Shown: piece by piece, positions 24,142 to 28,922 of the stretch | Layout: each line of letters begins with the position of its first letter | How positions within the stretch are numbered: the stretch's first letter is position 1 | Virus record (IMG/VR): IMGVR_UViG_3300032329_000181 | Location: 1-28,922 of that record | Source: a virus | Taxonomy: Duplodnaviria; Caudoviricetes | DNA: 28,922 nt | Direction: 5' to 3' (one strand) | The notes under the pieces: generated by a model | What the model saw: the letters and a program-made list of their open reading frames with translations, nothing else | Database searches by the model: none | What the model was told of the DNA's origin: nothing | Translations under genes and position numbers: made by a program

Positions 24142-27100
24142 TAGACATTCCTCCCTAGTCCTGCATTAGCGTCTTTAGACTTTGCAGTCATAAGTTTTAA
24201 TAATCCATAATTAAAATATTGTTCAACAGTTTTTGTATCATCTGAGCTAATGATATTTCTAATCTGTGCAATTGCTTTATCTTTTTCTTGACGTTTTACT
24301 TCAGATGGACTACTCATGCCCATTGCATCAATTTGTGCAGCAACACTCATAAAGTTTTGATAGATATTGTAAGCATTTACAATTTTCTTTTTTACTTCTT
24401 TAGGTGCATCAGAACTAGGATCGTTAGCAAATGCAAAAGCATTATTAACAAAATCTTCAGCATCAGTATTATCAACACCACTACGTAGGTAACTATCTAG
24501 ACCAGGCACAGCAAGTTTTACAATACGTCGCTTGTCTTGATACTCAGTTGTAACTGCTCTACGTGAATCAGGATCGCTGAATGGTATAGTCTTGAGAGCG
24601 GCAGCTTCTTCATCGGCAATAGCATAATAAGCATTAACATGCTGTTGCATAGTAACCATATTGAAATAGTTATCTATGTCTACGTTATTGGTTATTCCAG
24701 CAGCACGAGACCAGTTCCATACACCAGCATTAAACTTGCCAGTATGAGGAGCAAAAAGCAAAGCACCAGCGCCATATTTGCTAACTGCACCAGAATTACT
24801 AATGGCCCAGTCTTGCATTTGGGTGCTAAATGAAAGCATTGGCTGGATCTTACTATCTTTTTTAGAAACAATGTAAGCAAGTTTACCTTTATTCTTACCC
24901 ATCCAAGTAGCCAAAGCTAACTCATATGGACTTTGTACGTCTGGATGTGACCTCTTTATAGAGTCAACCATTTCATAAAAACTAGATTGCATAGATGCAA
25001 GACCAGTATCCTTTAGATAGTCTGGCAAGTCAGCAATATCTTTGCTCTGAACAGATGCAGGAAGTACCATGCCTAGTAATGTGCGAGTGACAATAATATT
25101 GTGTGCACTAATACGTAGATTGTTTAGGTAGTCCGCTTTGTCTTTAGCAAGCAAACCTTCATCAACGCTACCATCTGCCTTTAAGTATTTAGGATCATCA
25201 AGATTAATACCATAACCATTTGCTTGATTATATGAAATGGCTTGTGTTAAAGCAGATACTTCTTGTTGGCTCTTTTCATCAGGGCTCAACATATTCCATA
25301 GGTTATTGACTAAACGTGGAGTAACTGATTTACGAAAATCAACATTGTCACCCATGTCACCAAGGAATAAATTGTCTACATCCTCAGATAAATTCTTTGT
25401 AGGACTAAATTTACCTAGCAAACTTTTAGCAGCAAGAACAGATAATGAACCTATAGGACCACTTAGATAAGGCATGCCAGCATCAGATTGAAATGATGGG
25501 TTACCAGCAGTCAACTTAAATGTAAGGTTATTAAAGATAGGTTGTTTTACATCCATCTCATTACCAGTAAGAACTCGCAAGGTATTGTTTACAGCACCAT
25601 AAATAATGTTGTCCATAGGCAATACCATGTATTGCTCACCATTATCATCTGTATGTACAGCACCATTAGCAGATAAACCTTGATTCACTAGACGCAATCT
25701 AGCAATAGTACCCATACCATTTTCGGTACTTAAACGATAAATACGACGATAGAAGTCTTCTACTGCTCGATAGAATCTACCTGTAGTACGCATGTTGTAT
25801 GCAAATACTGAACGTATCTCTGGATTATCAGCATACTTTAGTACATTATTAGCAGCATCAATCATTGCACGCTCTGCATAAAAATGTTTTGATTGCTCTA
25901 TTGCATGTTCACGTGCAGCATCTAAAGCATTCTTTCTACCAAGTGGAGTAAGACTAGTATCAGCTTTAATTTCATCAGCTAATGTTTTGTAAACATTACT
26001 AGCATATTGCTTTTCAAAAACTTGATACTCTTTGCGATACGCAATGTAGTGCATGTGAACCAATGGTTGACGAGTAATGCCATCTGATTGACGACTCATC
26101 CAGTCAAATGCAGTACTACCAAAGTTGCGCATTACATCATTTAGATTAGTTGGTTGTGGATTAAAGTTGATATTAGTTGAAATGCGTCCATCTGGAAGAT
26201 AACCATTCATTGCTTTAGCATATTCATCAAAGGTCAAAGCTTTTACAGTTTCACGATAATCACGTGGACCATTAACTTTAGCCATGCTACCAACAGTTCG
26301 CATAGCAAGAGAATCTCTAAAGATATTTACTAATCCATGATTGTAATTATCTACACCACCATGAAATACATGGTACATATCATTAAATACATCATTGCCA
26401 AAACGAAATAATGCTTGACCAGTTGCTATTTCATCTGTGCCAATACGACTACTTATATACTTGTATTGATCAAAGTGACGAGTAGACTGTACAAGAAGTT
26501 TAAGGTTTTCTTTTTGTGCATCTGTTATGTCTTTACGCCACACCCAGTTAGCACCATCATGTTGATAACCAAAACGATTCATAAATTCGTCAAGTGCTGG
26601 TTCCCATTCAAATTTATCTGTAGCCTGATTATGATGTTTAATAAAAATCTTTGCAGGATCTACTGATGTTTCTTTTAATGGACCAGTAAAGTGATAAGGC
26701 TTAGCGTTAAAACGAGTAAAGAACTGATGGTACATTGCAGTGTAAGCATCTGTTAAAGCCATCGACTTAAGACTTTCCATAGAAAAATCTTTGTTCAATG
26801 TGAGATGTGCTTCTTGCAAAACTTTATCTAATTCACTAGGAATAGCATCATGCTTAAATATTCCTTGCTTCATTACACCAGTAGCCTCTGCTACGTGTAC
26901 AGCAGAAGCTTGTTTAAGAATAGTTGGGTTAAGAAGAGCAGCTTCTTTTAACCATTCTTTTTGATAATCAGGAATCTTTTTTCCATACTTTGACTCAAGA
27001 GCCATATCAAAAATTTCCATACGAGCCTTACGCTCAGCATCCCAAGTATCAGCGTTACCCTTGCCAATTAATCCGTATTGCTTCTTAGAGACAGCTTGAC

Positions 27101-28922
27101 GAGTAGCGTCATCAATTAATCTGGTAGGACCAGTCCTAAAAATATTTTGTACTGCTGCCTTGTATGGACCAATAGCAGATTTTTCTGCAGTGTAAGCAGA
27201 CAATACGTTACGCCAACGTTGAGCATTACGTAGTTCTCTTGCTTGACCAAAATTAAGGTACATCAATCCGAAGAATCCTTCGTCAATTGCTGTACGTATA
27301 CCAAGCATTGGAGCAAGAGTCATCCATGTCCAATGATTCATAGCATTGTCTACTGCTTTGCTATTAAATGCTCCACCAATCATTCCAGGAATACTACGAA
27401 TTAGACCACGATCTCTAGTATCAAATTTACCACGAGCAACTGTTTGAGAAGCTTCAAGGAATTTGGGAGCAGCAATAGCATCTTTAAATTGACTTGCATA
27501 AATAGGACCTTCAATGTTGTGTTCAGTAACATTGTGATCCTTAAATGCTGGAGAATCTGGATGAGCTTTTAGGGTTTCTCGTGCGCCAAACTTATTGTAA
27601 TCAGCAAAACTTGTATCTAGCCATTCAGCAATTTTAGCTTCACCACCAGCAGTTCCATGAACACCCATGCGTCGGTAAATCATTTCATGCATACCACGAA
27701 GCATTGCAATGCGTTGTTCAACATTGCTATCAAGAAAAGTTGCTGCCAATACATCAGCTTTTGCTTTATCTTCTAATGCCAAAAAAGCTTGTTGTCTAAA
27801 TGTATTAAGAGTTTCTGTAACCTTGCCATCAATCACATAAATTGGTTTATTGCCTGGATGCTTTGCGGTAAGATGCGACATAAGTTTTTGAAATCCACGT
27901 TTAGACGTTTCTTCAATTTGCTTATCAATAAGATCATGAGTAGTAACACCAGTACTAATACGACCATTATCTTCCATTTGCTTGGCAAGTTTATCAAGAC
28001 CAGCTTTATCTAGTCCAGCATAATCTACTTTGCCTTTAAACAAATCACTAAAAGTCTGCTTAGCGCCACTAATTAATGCTCGGTTTTTACGAGCATAGAT
28101 TGCACCTTCACGTGCGTAACGCATGTCAGTAGTTAACCCACGAAGCAATCTAGACACATGCTGCGTGCCCTCACCTGCAAGATATTCTGTTAATCCAGCA
28201 AGATCACGCACACCAGCTTTAGCAAAAATATTAATTTCAACATCTTGACTAAACTCTGGAAACTTTTGACGAATAGTATTTACAATTTCAGCTTGTGCTT
28301 TATGATCTTTAGTTGCAAGAGCATCTGCATAACGACCAATGTGGTCAGTCCATTGTGTAAAGTATTCTGCTACTTTGGCATGATTAAGATACTGCGCTAC
28401 ATCACCAGTAGTTTTAAGAGTTGCAGCAATCTTTTCGGCGCTTGCAGCACCCTTTACAATTGCAGAACCGCCAAGAGTTAAATATGTTAATGGGTCAGCA
28501 AAGATTTGGTAAGCCATATCAAGCGCACCAGAACCTTTATCAAACCAGTCGCCATGCTTTTCAGTATCAATATGAAAAGTTCTATTTACCCAACGAGCAA
28601 CATCACGACCAGGTGACAATTGTGCACGTTTAAAGTCAGTAATAACCTTTTGAAAATTTTCTGAATCATTAAACATGGAGTTGACAGCTTTAAGAATTTC
28701 ACCATCATTTGGACCCCAAGCATCAATAATTTCACCAGGAGTATCACCTTTAAGCAAATGCATAGCAACAAAGCTATTTGCACCGCCGTACTTAGTAATT
28801 AATTCACTGGCAACGCTTTCATCATAAAGCATCTTACCATTAAATGAATCTAGAATTTTACCATTATCACGAGTCCAAAAGGACTCACGGTTAATGGTTG
28901 CATCTTGAGCAAGATTGCCAAC
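24141..28922 (-). CDS. Very large internal virion/ejection protein (more than 1590 aa, 5' end outside window)
   Basis: The frame stays open from 28832 to the window end (VGNLAQDATINRESFWTRDNGKILDSFNGK-MLY...). Helical composition and a DPLTYLTLGG segment; size typical of podovirus ejection proteins. Confidence 0.7.
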   Translation of the reverse strand, partial: VGNLAQDATINRESFWTRDNGKILDSFNGKMLYDESVASELITKYGGANSFVAMHLLKGDTPGEIIDAWGPNDGEILKAVNSMFNDSENFQKVITDFKRAQLSPGRDVARWVNRTFHIDTEKHGDWFDKGSGALDMAYQIFADPLTYLTLGGSAIVKGAASAEKIAATLKTTGDVAQYLNHAKVAEYFTQWTDHIGRYADALATKDHKAQAEIVNTIRQKFPEFSQDVEINIFAKAGVRDLAGLTEYLAGEGTQHVSRLLRGLTTDMRYAREGAIYARKNRALISGAKQTFSDLFKGKVDYAGLDKAGLDKLAKQMEDNGRISTGVTTHDLIDKQIEETSKRGFQKLMSHLTAKHPGNKPIYVIDGKVTETLNTFRQQAFLALEDKAKADVLAATFLDSNVEQRIAMLRGMHEMIYRRMGVHGTAGGEAKIAEWLDTSFADYNKFGARETLKAHPDSPAFKDHNVTEHNIEGPIYASQFKDAIAAPKFLEASQTVARGKFDTRDRGLIRSIPGMIGGAFNSKAVDNAMNHWTWMTLAPMLGIRTAIDEGFFGLMYLNFGQARELRNAQRWRNVLSAYTAEKSAIGPYKAAVQNIFRTGPTRLIDDATRQAVSKKQYGLIGKGNADTWDAERKARMEIFDMALESKYGKKIPDYQKEWLKEAALLNPTILKQASAVHVAEATGVMKQGIFKHDAIPSELDKVLQEAHLTLNKDFSMESLKSMALTDAYTAMYHQFFTRFNAKPYHFTGPLKETSVDPAKIFIKHHNQATDKFEWEPALDEFMNRFGYQHDGANWVWRKDITDAQKENLKLLVQSTRHFDQYKYISSRIGTDEIATGQALFRFGNDVFNDMYHVFHGGVDNYNHGLVNIFRDSLAMRTVGSMAKVNGPRDYRETVKALTFDEYAKAMNGYLPDGRISTNINFNPQPTNLNDVMRNFGSTAFDWMSRQSDGITRQPLVHMHYIAYRKEYQVFEKQYASNVYKTLADEIKADTSLTPLGRKNALDAAREHAIEQSKHFYAERAMIDAANNVLKYADNPEIRSVFAYNMRTTGRFYRAVEDFYRRIYRLSTENGMGTIARLRLVNQGLSANGAVHTDDNGEQYMVLPMDNIIYGAVNNTLRVLTGNEMDVKQPIFNNLTFKLTAGNPSFQSDAGMPYLSGPIGSLSVLAAKSLLGKFSPTKNLSEDVDNLFLGDMGDNVDFRKSVTPRLVNNLWNMLSPDEKSQQEVSALTQAISYNQANGYGINLDDPKYLKADGSVDEGLLAKDKADYLNNLRISAHNIIVTRTLLGMVLPASVQSKDIADLPDYLKDTGLASMQSSFYEMVDSIKRSHPDVQSPYELALATWMGKNKGKLAYIVSKKDSKIQPMLSFSTQMQDWAISNSGAVSKYGAGALLFAPHTGKFNAGVWNWSRAAGITNNVDIDNYFNMVTMQQHVNAYYAIADEEAAALKTIPFSDPDSRRAVTTEYQDKRRIVKLAVPGLDSYLRSGVDNTDAEDFVNNAFAFANDPSSDAPKEVKKKIVNAYNIYQNFMSVAAQIDAMGMSSPSEVKRQEKDKAIAQIRNIISSDDTKTVEQYFNYGLLKLMTAKSKDANAGLGRNV

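Noticed and set aside
5666-28633. Many + strand ORFs in the ORF track across the late arm (e.g. 6283..6720, 10001..10402, 13130..13453, 20364..20693)
   Set aside because: Antisense shadows of long coupled minus-strand genes, with biased S/L/I/F composition and no motifs.
28871-28886. Inverted repeat GAGTCC-AAAA-GGACTC
   Set aside because: Short 6-bp stem inside an open coding frame; expected by chance.
24141-28922. Giant protein as a virion RNA polymerase or lytic transglycosylase
   Set aside because: No DxDGD or other polymerase or lysozyme motif recognised in the visible part; the N-terminus is outside the window.

Overview
Part of a tailed dsDNA phage genome, probably podovirus-like, with two convergent arms that meet at a bidirectional terminator (~5115-5160). 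The + arm (1-5119) is an actinobacteriophage-type replication/recombination module: Cas4/RecB-like nuclease (3' end only), Zn-finger protein, RecA/DnaB-like ATPase, Holliday junction resolvase, split primase, DUF1599/Nmad1-like protein, metallophosphoesterase and a sigma-factor-like protein. The - arm (28922 to 5172) is the late operon: large internal/ejection proteins, scaffold, major capsid protein, a large fibre/spike, a cluster of small basic proteins with an HNH gene, a 1194-aa multidomain protein, tail adaptor, fibre, nozzle, holin and M23 endolysin. The gene set and low GC (about 40% by eye) suggest a low-GC actinobacterial host (inference). Best candidates for new biology: (1) the 1194-aa late protein ending in tandem SLOG + DUF4326 + NADAR domains, possibly an injected ADP-ribose-directed counter-defence protein; (2) a structured pseudoknot-plus-hairpin RNA leader before the scaffold gene, whose loop is complementary to the scaffold and capsid Shine-Dalgarno regions; (3) a nested overprinted 45-aa ORF; (4) a capsid protein carrying an inserted module shared with the fibre. 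All family assignments come from motif recognition by eye; no database searches were run.
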